Notes: generated by a model not told the origin, from the sequence alone. A stretch of DNA of 61,740 nt, filler included, from Choristocarpus tenellus KU-1152 (GCA_964200185.2; 11 parts of 11 records of this genome joined end to end with filler, not necessarily neighbours in it), one strand, 5' to 3'; shown: positions 25,170 to 37,102, counted from the first letter of the whole stretch. Numbers and translations are program-made.

Positions 25170-25594
25170 CTTTGTTTTGCTCACGAATTCTGGAAATTAT
25201 TATTATTTTATTCTACATTTGTATTCCTCCCTATTCCCTTTTCTCCCTATATTCTAACAACACTTGTGACCAACCAGTGCGACCTCTTCGCCACTGATTT
25301 CCTGTCACACCCCCATATTTGATGACCAACCAGGGCGAATCCCCCTTCGCCCCTTACTTCCAGTCACCCCCACATCTGATGACCAACCAGGGCGAACCCC
25401 CTTCGCCCCTGAGTTCCAGTCACCCCTACATCTGATGACCAACGAGGGCGAACTCCCTGCCCCTGATTTCCAGTCACCCCCCCTATCCGATGACCAACCA
25501 GTGCGACCCCTTTCGCCACTGATTTCCGGTCTCTACCACCCCTTTCAACCCCACTCAACCCCCCCCCAGTTACCCCCCCAGTCAACCCCCCACC
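25170..25594 (-). mobile_element. 3' tail of a second YR retrotransposon copy, with five hairpin units
   Basis: CTTTGTTTTGCTCACGAATTCTGG is the reverse complement of 21705-21728. GACCAAC units at 25268, 25324, 25381, 25437 and 25492. Confidence 0.8.
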
Positions 25595-25711
25595 NNNNNN
25601 NNNNNNNNNNNNNNNNNNNNNNNNNNNNNNNNNNNNNNTTAATTAATTAANNNNNNNNNNNNNNNNNNNNNNNNNNNNNNNNNNNNNNNNNNNNCCAAGA
25701 TACTTTGACCC

Positions 25712-26720
25712 TATGCCCTGTACTCGACTGAATATACCTGTATGCGGTATCAATACGCCTCACGTCCACCCACGGGCCACCAAGGTGAAGCGTGCTTTTG
25801 ATAGTTTCCAGAACACGGACCCATCGAGCTAACAACCCCCACACTAAGACGACGATAGAACAAAAATTCAACCGATCGTATCCTGGCGTTTGATGTGTAC
25901 TACCACTGTATACTTCGAAGTACTACGACGAAATTGTCATTTAGGCCACTCTTTTCTGCTGTTGCCAAGTACACGGTGTCTCTGGCGCCTCATAAGAAGC
26001 CTGACCCACCCAATGAAGCACTAAGATAATCTTACAATTGTTGATATGGCGAACAACGTGAGTATACTGCCTGTTGTATATATACAAGAAGTGCGTGAAA
26101 ACATTTGGTCTTCCGTGGATCAGAGCTGACTGGCGACTTTGATGCTGATTCATTAGTTCTTTGTCATGAGAAATCGTCGTTGTTGTCCTCCACACATGGT
26201 GCACTTCAGCCTACGCAACTGGACCTGAGCATGATCTTGCCATCACCCCACCCCAACCCACCCCACCCCACCCCACCCACCCCTCGACCAACCCAGCTTC
26301 TTTTTGTGGTCGAGGGTAATGATCTCAGGGTGGCCTTCGTCGAGGAGAATGGGGGCAATGGAGCAGTAGTCAACGACCTCAACTACGGAGAGGTTACGTT
26401 CTTCCCACAAGGTCTCATTCACTACCAGCAAAACCTTGGCTGCGAGGTCAAGTATCTGGGAGGAGGCCACCATCTAGGATATCTCGTTGCACACACTCAA
26501 CATTTGAAAATTTACAAGTGGAGCGGGAGAAGACGATTGATTTAATGATTGGCGCTGGAATGAGCGGAATCAACAACCCCAATGAACAGCTTAAAATCGG
26601 ACTACTTTTCCTCCTCCCGTGAAACAGCCTCTAAGGCTCATCGCCGCTCTCAGCTCTGAAGATCCTGGCGTGGTGACCGTAACGACCAGGTTCTTTGAAC
26701 TCCCAGAAGAAGCCCTCCAG
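25712..26720 (+). pseudogene. Germin/spherulin-like cupin; three exons (25712-25784, 26297-26446, 26628-26720), probably disabled
   Basis: CGINTPHVHPRATK|LLFVVEG..LRVAFVEENGG..VVNDLNYGEVTFFPQGLIHYQQNLGCE|PLRLIAALSSEDPGVVTV matches germin boxes 1 and 2, with phase-0 GT-AG junctions. Lesions: box-1 Glu is Lys, an apparent frameshift lies just upstream, and a MITE end (25695-25711) abuts the exon. Confidence 0.8.
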
Positions 26721-26855
26721 GTGAGCACAAAAATAGTGTGTGTGCATCATATCCATATCGTGGTCTTCACTTTTGTTCCCGTACATATCCCACGCACCCC
26801 GTGAAACTTTCCCTTCCGTTCGTTGTGTGCAAGCAAACATCCTTATTATACATTC

Positions 26856-27091
26856 GGCTTAATGTATCTGGGGGGGGTGGCGGCTGTCCATTTTGGACCA
26901 ATTTTTTCATGTCTCGATTTTTGGGTGATTTGTTTCCATAAGTAGGATGGATAATGAAAGTGCACTTTTCCTGGTTTTGGTCCAAATGGACACTCTGGTG
27001 TAGACCCCCCCCTCCCCCCCCNNNNNNNNNNTTTTGGTCCAAAGGGCCCCTCTGGTGTAGCCCCCCCCCCCCCCCCCAGATACTTTGGGTC
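26856..27091. mobile_element. MITE family B copy containing a small assembly gap
   Basis: GGCTTAATGTATCTG-polyG...polyC-AGATACTTTGGGTC. Confidence 0.8.
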
Positions 27092-28435
27092 CCTGAGAAT
27101 GAGATATGTTAAGGTAGGCTCGAGTGAAGTCCAGGGAGTGAATGGCCTAGTTACATTCAGCCACCGATGTAAATATGGTGCAGATGATGTTGAACCCAAC
27201 CAATGGGCTAAACCCACTCCTGCTGAGAGGAACCCTGGGTGATGAGGCTTGAATTGTATTGCAGTACCCGGTTGATCTTGTATACAAAGCTCATATTTAC
27301 TGGTTTCTTACGTTGTGAAAGGGTCCTCTACAGTACCGAACACGCTCTTTCCATCAGTCTGCCACTTCTTTGTCTATGGCCTGCTTCCACATCTCTGTGT
27401 GAGGTCCAGCCATGGCTCACGTCTTCTCATTAGGCAAAATGCATAATCAGCGCCTGCTCTGAAGTAGGTTGGCCGCATCACCATCCAGTCCTTCACCACT
27501 CTCTGAGTTGAATCTTCAGTAGTCCACCCTGAGAGTCTTACTCAGGCTGACGGACGTGCACAGCTCTTGGCCAGTATGATCTTGTCTTTCTGTCGCTTGT
27601 TTGTGCGCCAATGTTGCTCACAGCATTCAATCGGCTTCACTATAAAATCCCTTATTGGAGACACCCATCCAAGTCCTCATCGGAGTATTTATCCAGGCCC
27701 TTATCTGTGTAGTCCTCACTGTCATCGTCAGTCATGGAGATGACATCATACTCCCCATCAAAGTCCATAGTCCTTGTGTCCAGTTTGAATATCACATATC
27801 CAGAGGCAACCAACTCGGCCTCCTGAGGAAGCCACACATTCCAGCAAAGGGATGTCCAATCATGTCCCATCAAAATTCCGTGCTTGGCATGCAGATGGGA
27901 CTTCGAAGCTGCTCCCCTACGTTGATCTGGCTGATGAAAGAAGCATACACTCCCCTGTACTTGGAGTCTGTCATAAGTTGGATGCTTTGTCTCCTGTTAA
28001 ACACTCGCACGGCGTTATCCTCTCCAAGATAGTCAAGTGACGTATCTCATGATATGAAGGTCAAGTCGGTGAGGGCAAAAAATCACTATTCACCATCAAG
28101 GCCAACCTCCATAAGCTACCTGATGAACCCTTCCGTGGTCTGATTGCTCTGAGGTGTCCGTGGAAGTGACCTATTCCGTTGTTTGTGGGCTTTCATTAGA
28201 ACCTTCCTGACTTCCCGAATTCCCCAGCACCATCCCACAGATGCACGTCACTGCTATTTCTTCCCAAACGGTTACCTATGTTTCTCTATCCCACATTTTC
28301 ACAGTAAACTCGTTTATCCCTGCTCCCCTCGTCAATGAACACCTTGAAGTACTCCATTCTCTTGATATCTACGTAGGCAGGACCCACCAGGTCCGTTTGT
28401 ATGACTTTAACTCCCTTGGTTAAACAGTCAGGTCA
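27092..28435 (-). mobile_element. Ty1/Copia pol relic (integrase to RT), heavily decayed
   Basis: Minus-strand fragments IQTDLVGP (integrase start), AMAGPHTEMWKQAIDKE, KKPVNMSFVYK and AIHSLDFTRAYLN (Copia RT motifs), in INT-before-RT order. Confidence 0.7.
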
Positions 28436-28455
28436 AATAAAACTACAAGGGAATT

Positions 28456-28711
28456 GAGTGAAAGTATCTTAGAGGGTACGAATTTTTCCTTGTTTGTCCA
28501 TTTGGGGCTCGACTTCCCATGTTTTTTTTATGACATTTTCCTACTCCAAAATGTTTCAGAGTAGGAAAAATGTGTACGTTGTGAAAAGGTGTGTCTGGAA
28601 CAAGGATATTGACACTTCCTAACAAACACAATAGCCAAAATTGCATCAAAGTCGCAGCATTGGATTTGGTCCCAAACGAACGCGACTTTACCCTCTAAGA
28701 TATGTTGACTC
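28456..28711. mobile_element. MITE family A, full-length
   Basis: GAGTGAAAGTATCTTAGAGGGTA...TACCCTCTAAGATATGTTGACTC; flanks AATT/AATG. Confidence 0.88.
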
Positions 28712-29241
28712 AATGAGCATCCCCTGCACGCTGGAGGATGACAGCCCTTTTTCATGGTGGACTGGAATATGGATGTGTTAGTCCATGGTAGTGCTTCATC
28801 ACAGAGGCTAGCTCAGCCCCCTAATGCAACAAAGGCCTTCGTCTGGATGTCGCCTTCATAGAGATCCAGGCAGCCTGCAACCTGGCCAACTTATCCACCA
28901 GCAGATGGTGTTGCTGCTGTGGAAACTGAGGCGCAAAAGCGCATCTACAATGAGGGATCTTTTGATCCTCGTAGTTTTGATCTTAACACCTTTACTGTTA
29001 CAGGCGCCCCTCAATGCTCACCTTCAAGGATGTACAACTCAAGTCCAACGACTTTAAAACGACGCTATGGGGNNNNNNNNNNNNNNNNNNNNNNNNNNNN
29101 NNNNNNNNNNNNNNNNTTAATTAATTAANNNNNNNNNNNNNNNNNNNNNNNNNNNNNNNNNNNNNNNNNNNNATCGCTACGATTTGGAAGCTATCTCGAC
29201 TAAGCCTAAGGTATAAGGACAGGCGGGCCCCCCCACGGGGG

Positions 29242-29339
29242 GGGTATATAACAGTGAATAGTTTTCATTGTTTTTTTCCCTGACACATCATCTGCACAAT
29301 TTCAGAAGGGGATAATTAATAATAACGTTATCCAAGCCC
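29242..29339. repeat. Dispersed repeat family D (also near 35974, 36650, 52013, 52547)
   Basis: Shared core GGGCTTATAC..ACAT.TGAATAGTT..CATTG..TTCCCC..ACACATCTGCAAAAT in several different contigs. Confidence 0.6.
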
Positions 29340-29499
29340 GTATGACTGAGGTGATCGAGAGCTCTGGGACACGAACTTTGACCACACACCTCAACTCCTT
29401 AGACTCCCCCCCCCCTCCCAGACACTTTTGGCCCTCTCCCACCCACCCACCCTTTCGATTGGTCACAACCGATTGGGATGCTGGGGAGCAGGGGGAGAG

Positions 29500-30141
29500 A
29501 GGTCAAGTTCGGGCAAGGTAGATGCCATCTAGTTCAAAGGCACAGTATGAAGTGGACGATGACGGGGTTCTTGGATGATTGTGGAGTGGTGTTGAGTGGT
29601 GTGGTGGAGTGGAAAGTGGTGGAAAGTGTTGTGGAGTTGAGTGGTGCGGAATGGTGTGGTGGAGTGGAAAGTGGGCGAAAGTGTTGTAGGGTTGAGTGGG
29701 GTCAAGGTGGTTTGTGATTGGGTGTCCGTTTCGGTCAAACAACTCTTTTTTTTGCTGACATTTCAAATCCTACACGTGCGACCATTTATCACACCAAAAA
29801 AGTGAAAATCGAAAAAAGGGTGAAAAGCGGACGCCGACATCTCCCCCCCCCCCCAGATACTTTGACCCTCGAGTGGGGTTGAAGGATGGGATTGAAGGGA
29901 AAGTGATGGTGGCTTGAAATCAGTGGCGAAGGGGTTGCACTGACTGGTGGTCATTGGATGAGGCTGGTGACTGGAAATCAGGGACGAAGGGGTCGCACTG
30001 GTTGGTCATCGGATGTCGTTGGTGACTGGAAATCAGTGGCGAAAGGGGTTCGTAGTGGTGGTCACAAAAAGGGGACAGTAAAATGTACTGTAAACAAAGA
30101 ATAAAAAATGATATTATCTCAGAATTCGTAGTCAAACCAAG
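29500..30141 (+). mobile_element. 3' tail of a third YR retrotransposon copy, with three hairpin units and a family C MITE inside
   Basis: GGTCAAGTTCGGGCAAGGTAGATG..CTAGTTCAAAGGCA..TTCTTGGATGATTG matches 21227-21310. Units at about 29910-30066; terminus AGAATTCGTAGTCAAACCAAG. Confidence 0.8.
29698..29868. mobile_element. MITE family C
   Basis: Nearly collinear with 39729-39916; ends polyC-AGATACTTTGACCC, the same type of terminus as families A and B. Confidence 0.75.
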
Positions 30142-30594
30142 ACGTTGATGTTATATAGAGAGATTATAATCAAGTGATTTGGTCCTAAGAAATCGGTTGG
30201 TTGCACGAACACATCATATATCTCTCTCTCCCACTTCGTTTATCTAAATACAGTATTCAAACTGGTTCGTGACAAAACTACTATTCTTACTCTCTTTGAA
30301 AAAATCAAAGGTGTTTGTTGGTTGATCAATGACATCTTCAACATCGAAAGTTGGAAGGTGGAAAGGAGGTCCAAATCCTCTTCCATATCTCGTTGCTTTT
30401 CATGGATGCTACCAATACGGTCAACGAAGATGTCACCACTGCGGTAACTCAAAGCTCCATACCACTTTGAAACTAAGTGGATGCTCACTCTATCTGATCT
30501 CAACGTATGACCCTCTGCCACGTTCTGAACTCCGATATCAATCCTTGCTCACTTTCCACTTCTGAATCCCCTCTTACCTTCTCTTGCTCTGTAG

Positions 30595-33461
30595 GATAAG
30601 CTATCGATCATCAGTCTTCTGAAGTCCTTTCTTGGTCTTAGTGACCAGACTGGAGAAGATTTCGAGTTAGCTTCCAAACAAAAACACCCTCGCTCTGCTG
30701 AAGCTCCAGCACTAGGATCTGGGAAGGCAACAGATCGCTGTATCTATGCCAATTCTTACCAGAAGAATGCAATTGACCCTGGTGAGGTAATGTTGGCGAA
30801 AGAGAGGTCTGAGGGGGGAGACGACGATCACGATGACGTTGTCTCAGACACCAGTCAAGAGAGTGCAGTGGCCAATTGTTCGAAAGGCATCGAGTTGACA
30901 TATTCACCAAAAGAGGAGATTTTCTCTGAGAGCAAAGGTCGGATTAGTTCTGGGTGCTCCCTGTGGGACTTGTCAGTGTCGAGACTCCACGCCTCATTTA
31001 TGCTCCGGAGTGGACTGGTCGGAGTAGTTTGCTCGGTGTTGCAGCAGTGCGAGGCTGCAGACAGTGCACAGCAGTTGTGCCAAGCAACGGACGAGGGAGA
31101 AAGAGTGGACCGAGGGGCAGAGAAGGGTGGAATCCCATGCTTGACTTTGGAGGAGGTGACAAGACTGAGAGAGATTGCTTGCGGAATCGTCGCTAATACA
31201 TGCACCCACCCAAGTCTAAGGTGAAGCCCCTGGTTGCTCTCGATTTCCTCCCCTGCACAGCTTATTCTTGGCGAAATCTCAATTTTTGAGAGATTCAAGT
31301 GTATGCATTGCAATTGATAGAAGTCAAGTGTGGTTTTTCTTTTCAATACGGCTATCGCGTTGCAACCATGAGGTGCCCAGAGACATTTTTTGTTGTGGCT
31401 TGACGTCAAATACGCGGGGAATGGTGCAGGGGTAAGAATGATCCGAAAGAAATGGCGAAATTCAATTGGTTGATCTGAACAAGCACAACGCAGCACTTTT
31501 AAATCTGGTATCTCTTTATAGCCTAAAAGAAACCATAGTACTACAGAGGATCAAGTATCAACACAGAGAACAAAGTTTAGGCTGGGTAGTGAATGGGTGT
31601 CACATTCAAGGAGATTACCTACCGGAACAATCCTGCATGGCCAATATGCCACCTTTACCTATAATCAACCAAAAAAAATAATAAAATCAAACTGATTTTC
31701 GTGGATGGTCTATATTATATGGTTCGAATGATGATAGGTACACAGCTGATTGAACAAGAACCTGTCTTCTCAAGAAGGTGTACGTCCAGATACAGATTTT
31801 CTTCTCGTCCATGCCTGAAAACAATTTTCTTTGACTTTAACAGTACGCAAGCCTGAGGTTTGTCCTCTGTAGTTCCTGCTTGTGTTGTGCTGCTGCACTA
31901 CAATACTCCTGAGTATTTTAGGCTTCATCTTGTAATCTGCTTCTTATGTTCTATTGTGTATTGAGGGAACTAGATTGTTGAATTGACCAACAGACAGAAA
32001 CAAGTTGAATAGCTAAAGAATATCACAGGAAGCTGGTGTACCAATGTGATATTCTAGTATATCTCTCGATCCCACTTTAGTTCTCCCTTGCTGTCTTGAT
32101 ATATGCGGCGGAATGGAGTATGAAATTGTGGTGTATGACTTCCTCTGGGTGGATGTTTTTTTTCTTCTAGTTTACATTTTTTTTTTAGGTTATCATTTTT
32201 ATGTACTGTTGTTGGACATTGTTATTATTATATACATACATGACTCCATACTTTGCACAGTTTTGAAAAGTGCTGATTCAAATTATCTATCTTGAGGTCG
32301 ATCATGATCACAGCGAATGTAATATTTAGCACTTGGAGATAGCCCGACCTTTCTAATGATGCAGTGTAGTTTGGTTAAGATGCAATATTAGATAATCTTT
32401 TTTGCAAGAACCCTCAAAGTTAGTCTATTGCTACTATCCATATACAGCATGCTGGAGTAATGCACTCCTCCTTTTCTCACCTCGCTTTCAGCCCCTCTCA
32501 GGGCCCATATGTCCCCACTTTTGGCCACACCCACGTAGGAGTTAACTGTCATCTCTCTATCTGTAAAGAACACATAGGGGGTAGTAACAAGGGATCTTGA
32601 GACAACTGCATTCCATTTATGTAACTCAACCTTTTAATTATTTGAGTACTGGTATGTTGAGAGGGAAAGACACAGCATACACCTTAAGTGTTGAGAATTC
32701 GATCAGATACTGACTGAGGATGGCAATCAACAGCCCCAACCCAACCCCTTTATGACCAAAAAGTAACTGCAAGAAATACCAGATTTTTTTTAGAGATATG
32801 TATTTTTTGTGAGATTTGAAACCTAGGATATTATTATTGTTTCCATGCGCTTGTGGTTTGATGTCCAATCTGATGATATATTGCTCATATTCAGCCCTGG
32901 TCCTCTTTGCCTTAGATGGTTATAACATGAGATGGATACTAAGTGCTACTGAACTATGGTTAATGACCTGTTGTATTATAGAGTCCTCATCCTCTGCCAC
33001 TACCCATCAATTCCGACAGTGTATAGGTATGTTTCAAGTTTATACTGGAGTATTTCAAAGGGATGTAATATGGAGCTCTGGCATTTCATCTATGGCTGTT
33101 TTTATAGTTTGTAATACATGGACTACTTTTTTTTAAGGTACCATCACCTTTGCTAAAATATTCAAGTGTACAATATTTTTCTTGTGTGGACATACTTTTT
33201 TCTGTTACTATTATTATTTTTAATGGCCATTTTTGACCCTTTTGTGTACAGGGCAGAGGTGATTATGTACCACCAGCTGGCGCAAGATATTTTGCAGGTG
33301 TTTCATGTCACAGATGACCCAGCATGTCTCACAGAGGTATTCCGTCTGTTTGCATTGGTTGCACGGGCAAACTTTCAAAATTGGAGAAGGGAGGACCAAA
33401 GCACAGTGGGAGGGGGAGCGGAGGGGGAGACATATATTAGGCAAAGTGCCAGGGGGGGGGG
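30595..33461 (+). CDS. SAAL1: SAAL1-like armadillo-type protein, partial; exons 30595-31220 and 33252-33461
   Basis: A 626-bp open exon after TGTAG is joined in phase 2 (AG|GTGAAG...TACAG|G) to the next exon. CSLWDLS, TRLREIACGIVAN and TDDPACLTEVFRLF parallel the SAAL1 motifs CRVWDMS, PRLREICVGILGN and DSDPPTLLETSRLL (recalled from memory, not searched). Confidence 0.72.
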
Positions 33462-33561
33462 NNNNNNNNNNNNNNNNNNNNNNNNNNNNNNNNNNNNNNN
33501 NNNNNTTAATTAATTAANNNNNNNNNNNNNNNNNNNNNNNNNNNNNNNNNNNNNNNNNNNN

Positions 33562-34958
33562 TGTTCCCCGGTGTTTTTGCCATTATTTGATCAGGACATA
33601 GATCTCATTCCCCGAAGCCTGGACATTCGTGGATACAAACCTTCAAACCCTCTTGTCAAGCAATATTATTTGATATATATATTGTTGTATATTGTTTGTG
33701 TGGTTATAGTGAGAAAATTCAAGATTGCCACAGAGGGCAAAGGTACTGGTACTACCTTAGCAGATGCGTGTGTTATGTTTTCTATCATGTCACACCCTTT
33801 CACTGCCGCAGCTGAAACCCGAGCATTAGGCAGGAAGCGACCACCTTGCCAGAACAGGACATCCATGCGTGATGAGGTATCAAGCCAAACTTCGCTCCCA
33901 CACGAAGAGGTTGTCAACAGTGTACGGGCAACCCTCGCACCGATGCTTCAACCTGTTTTAACCCAGAACTCCTTGCCCGCTGTATGTGCTGCCTTAAACA
34001 AACAACCTGCTTCGGTTCCTGCGAAATACGGATCTAGTTCATTCCAAAAAGCAATGCAACAAAACCCGTTCGACCAGTCACATCTGTTACCTAGGCTGTG
34101 CTTCGATCCCCACTGGCCTTAGCCACAGACAGGGCGAGCGATAGAAGGCGACGCCGTTCGGACAGAGACCTACCTCCATTGCTCAACCCACTGGGGAATG
34201 TCCAGGGAAGGGTCGAAATAGACAGGAGCTAACGAGTGAAAGTATCTTAGAGGGTACGAGTTTTTCCCTGTTTGTCCGTTCGGGGCTTGGCTTCCCACGG
34301 GTTTTTTATTGTCATTTTACCTACTCAAAAATGTTTCGGAGTAGGTCAAACATGTATGGTATAAAAAGGTTTGTCTGGAACAAGCATTTTCCTAACAAAC
34401 CTGATAGCTAAAATTTCATCAAAATTGCAACATTGGATTTTGACCCCCAATTGGACACGGCTCTACCCTCTAAGATACTTTGACTCTAACACGAGCTAAG
34501 GCAGACTGCTCTTTCGTCACGGAGCGCCCACTACCATGCTGAAGATGGTTTTAATTTGCCCATCACCTTCGGGTGGCATTTCTTGTTTTTTTATTTTTTT
34601 ATTTTTGATAGTGAATTTCATTCTGTGCAATCTGATTTTTGTAGTGGATTTTCTTTATCGCTGTTAGACAAAATATTATAATGTGTTTCATTTTCCAGAA
34701 ACACTCTACTAATCTATTTGTTATTTCGCTATTTTCTATGTTGTACCACTACCTTCCTAAGGTGGTTGGTACCAGTACCTTTGCCCTCTGTGGCAATCTT
34801 GAATTTCTCACCATAACCACACAAACAATATACAACAATATATATATCAAATAATATTGCTTGACAAGAGGGTTTGAAGGTTTGTATCCACGAATGTCCA
34901 GGCTTCGGGGAATGGGATCTATGTCCTGATCAAATAATGGCAAAAACACCGGGGAACA
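33562..34958. mobile_element. Element with long (at least 200 bp) terminal inverted repeats; left end cut by the contig edge
   Basis: 33562-33760 is a near-perfect reverse complement of 34757-34958. Confidence 0.75.
34234..34486. mobile_element. MITE family A reference copy (253 bp), Sola2-like
   Basis: 23-bp TIR GAGT(G/C)AAAGTATCTTAGAGGGTA with one mismatch; perfect 4-bp TSD TAAC (34230-34233 and 34487-34490). Confidence 0.92.
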
Positions 34959-35740
34959 TCTGCCGTGCAATTTTGAGGGTCACGACATCAAAACGGACAA
35001 AAATGAATGAAGTGGTTGACTGAACTCCTTGCAGAAACCTGGTCCGGGGTAGGTCGTTGCCCAAGTTTGACCGGTGTGTGGATATCGAAAAAAAAAGAAG
35101 ATTTCCGGACATCATTTTAATGCCTTTTGCAGACTTTCTGTGAGGACACACACACGCGACTTACACAGCAACATGAACCACGACGGTGAGACAAGGAGAG
35201 CCGCCGAGGCCACTCTTCCCCCTGGATCTACCCTCGGCACCTTCTTTGTCGAGAGGCAACGGAAAAGCAAGTAACGTGTGTGACACTCAGTGTGATGTTA
35301 GGTGACGAGAAAGTGCGAGTAATGTGGTGCAGCAGCAAGATCAAATCGCGAAATGGATCATGCGGTCGCGACACTGATACTGAGAGAAGATGCATTGAAA
35401 GGGTTTCGTTCTGGGCTTCGACGAGGACATCCTTGCCGAGGTCAAAGAGTGGGTGCGCGAACACACAGGAAGAAAGGGTGGGGAGGCTTTTTTCCCGACT
35501 AAACCCTACACTCTAATCAAGTAATAGTGCATCTGTTCCCACTCTTGGTGACCTACAATCCCGGGTTCGAACCCCAATATGACCGGTCTTTCTTCAAAAA
35601 TTGAAAAAAATGGCGAGAAAAAATAAGCAAAGCCCGTACTTTGTAGGGTACTGTGATGGGCATCACGAATATGCTTTTAGGTCTTAAATCCAATGTCTAC
35701 ATCAAAAGGTATGACGGGACAACCCCGGAGGGCGTAGCTA

Positions 35741-35961
35741 CTTGTCCATATGGGGCTTGGCTTCCCTCGAGGTTTTTTATGACATTTTCCTACTCCAAAA
35801 TAGTTCGGAGTAGGTAAATGTATATGTTATGAAAAGGTGTGTCCAGAACAAGGATATATAAACTTCCTAACAAGCATGATAGACAAAATTACATCGAAAT
35901 TGCAGCATTGGGGTTTGGTCCCCAAATGGACGCGACTCTACCCTCTAAGATACTTTGGCTC
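35741..35961. mobile_element. MITE family A, left-truncated
   Basis: Family A body ending TACCCTCTAAGATACTTTGGCTC. Confidence 0.85.
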
Positions 35962-36826
35962 TTTAATTCTTAAGGGCTTATACTAACATATGAATAGTTT
36001 TCATTGCTTCCCCCCCCAACACATCTGCAAAATGACAAATCATAATAATGTAATAAATATATAAATATAACGACTACTCACATGGCAGAAAAATCCCTAA
36101 AAAAGTAAGAGTTGTCATAGATTTATCTTTAGTTTGGTGGAAGTACTAACGTACATTGCAGTATGATGGATCAGTCTTTAGTCATACGTCAGACATTTAT
36201 TGATAAGACAAAGGTTACGGATAATTCATATTTTGTGAAGTACGCCAGAGGAAGGAGAGGTCCTCACTAGCCTTAGCATGCCACTTGAGCTAGTGTGGAC
36301 AAGGGGCAAACGCATAGGACTCAACACAATCCCTAGAGCCAGCATGCCAGATCTCCCCTCTAGAATTCAAGCTTACAGCCAGCAGATCGCTAGGGAGGGA
36401 GAAGGCCCTCTGAAACAGGTGCCCTTTGGCGGGGTGCAGGAGGCAAAATGTCAATACCAGACATGCCCGTACCTGCCCCAGGGCAGGAAGACAGGTTCAA
36501 CATCACACACCCATGGTGAAATGCCTAAGCTAAGTATGGAAGGGAATGGGCATCCCTTGCACTACGGAGGACGGCAGCCCGTTCACGGTAGATAGAAATC
36601 TTTGCATGGATCTAGTTTTCCATTATTTGTGACGTGCTTTATTTCTTTCGGGCTTATACTGACATGTGAATAGTTCCATTGGTTTCCCCCAGACACATCT
36701 GCAAAATGCAAGAGGGAATAATATTATATATTCAGTGTATGTTCACCATGTAACTCAACCAGGGGCTTTATTAGGCGACGAGCTTTTCATGCGCTAAGCT
36801 TTTCAACATGCTTATCACCCACTCTG

Positions 36827-37102
36827 ATAGGTTCCTCCCTGTCATCTAATGCATCATCGATATCACCTTGTTGCATCCAAGAAGGCACGCGTTATGGTGA
36901 ACCAGTCTGCATAGTTTTCATCCATCAGTTGGAAACTCCTCCAATTGTGGTGAACCAGTCTGCATAGTTTTCATCCATCATCAGTTGGAAACTCCTCCAA
37001 CTGGCGGATGAAAACTATGCAGACTGGTTCACCATAACGCGTGCCTTCTTGGATGCAACAAGGTGATATCGATGATGCATTAGATGACAGGGAGGAACCT
37101 AT
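36827..37102. repeat. Perfect 97-bp inverted repeat (foldback) with an internal ~53-bp tandem duplication
   Basis: 36827-36923 is the exact reverse complement of 37006-37102. An inner stem CAGTTGGA/TCCAACTG is also present. Confidence 0.95.

Noticed and set aside
25370-25440. Hammerhead ribozyme in the YR tail units (CTGATGA...GAA...GTC)
   Set aside because: GAAA is GAAC, stem II lacks its closing pair, no stem I or III can be drawn, and most units read TTGATGA, TCGATGA or CCGATGA.
30855-31496. 213-aa minus-strand ORF
   Set aside because: Largely the antisense shadow of the SAAL1-like exon; no recognisable motif.
33571-34122. 183-aa ORF as a host gene
   Set aside because: It starts inside a TIR and has no recognisable domain.
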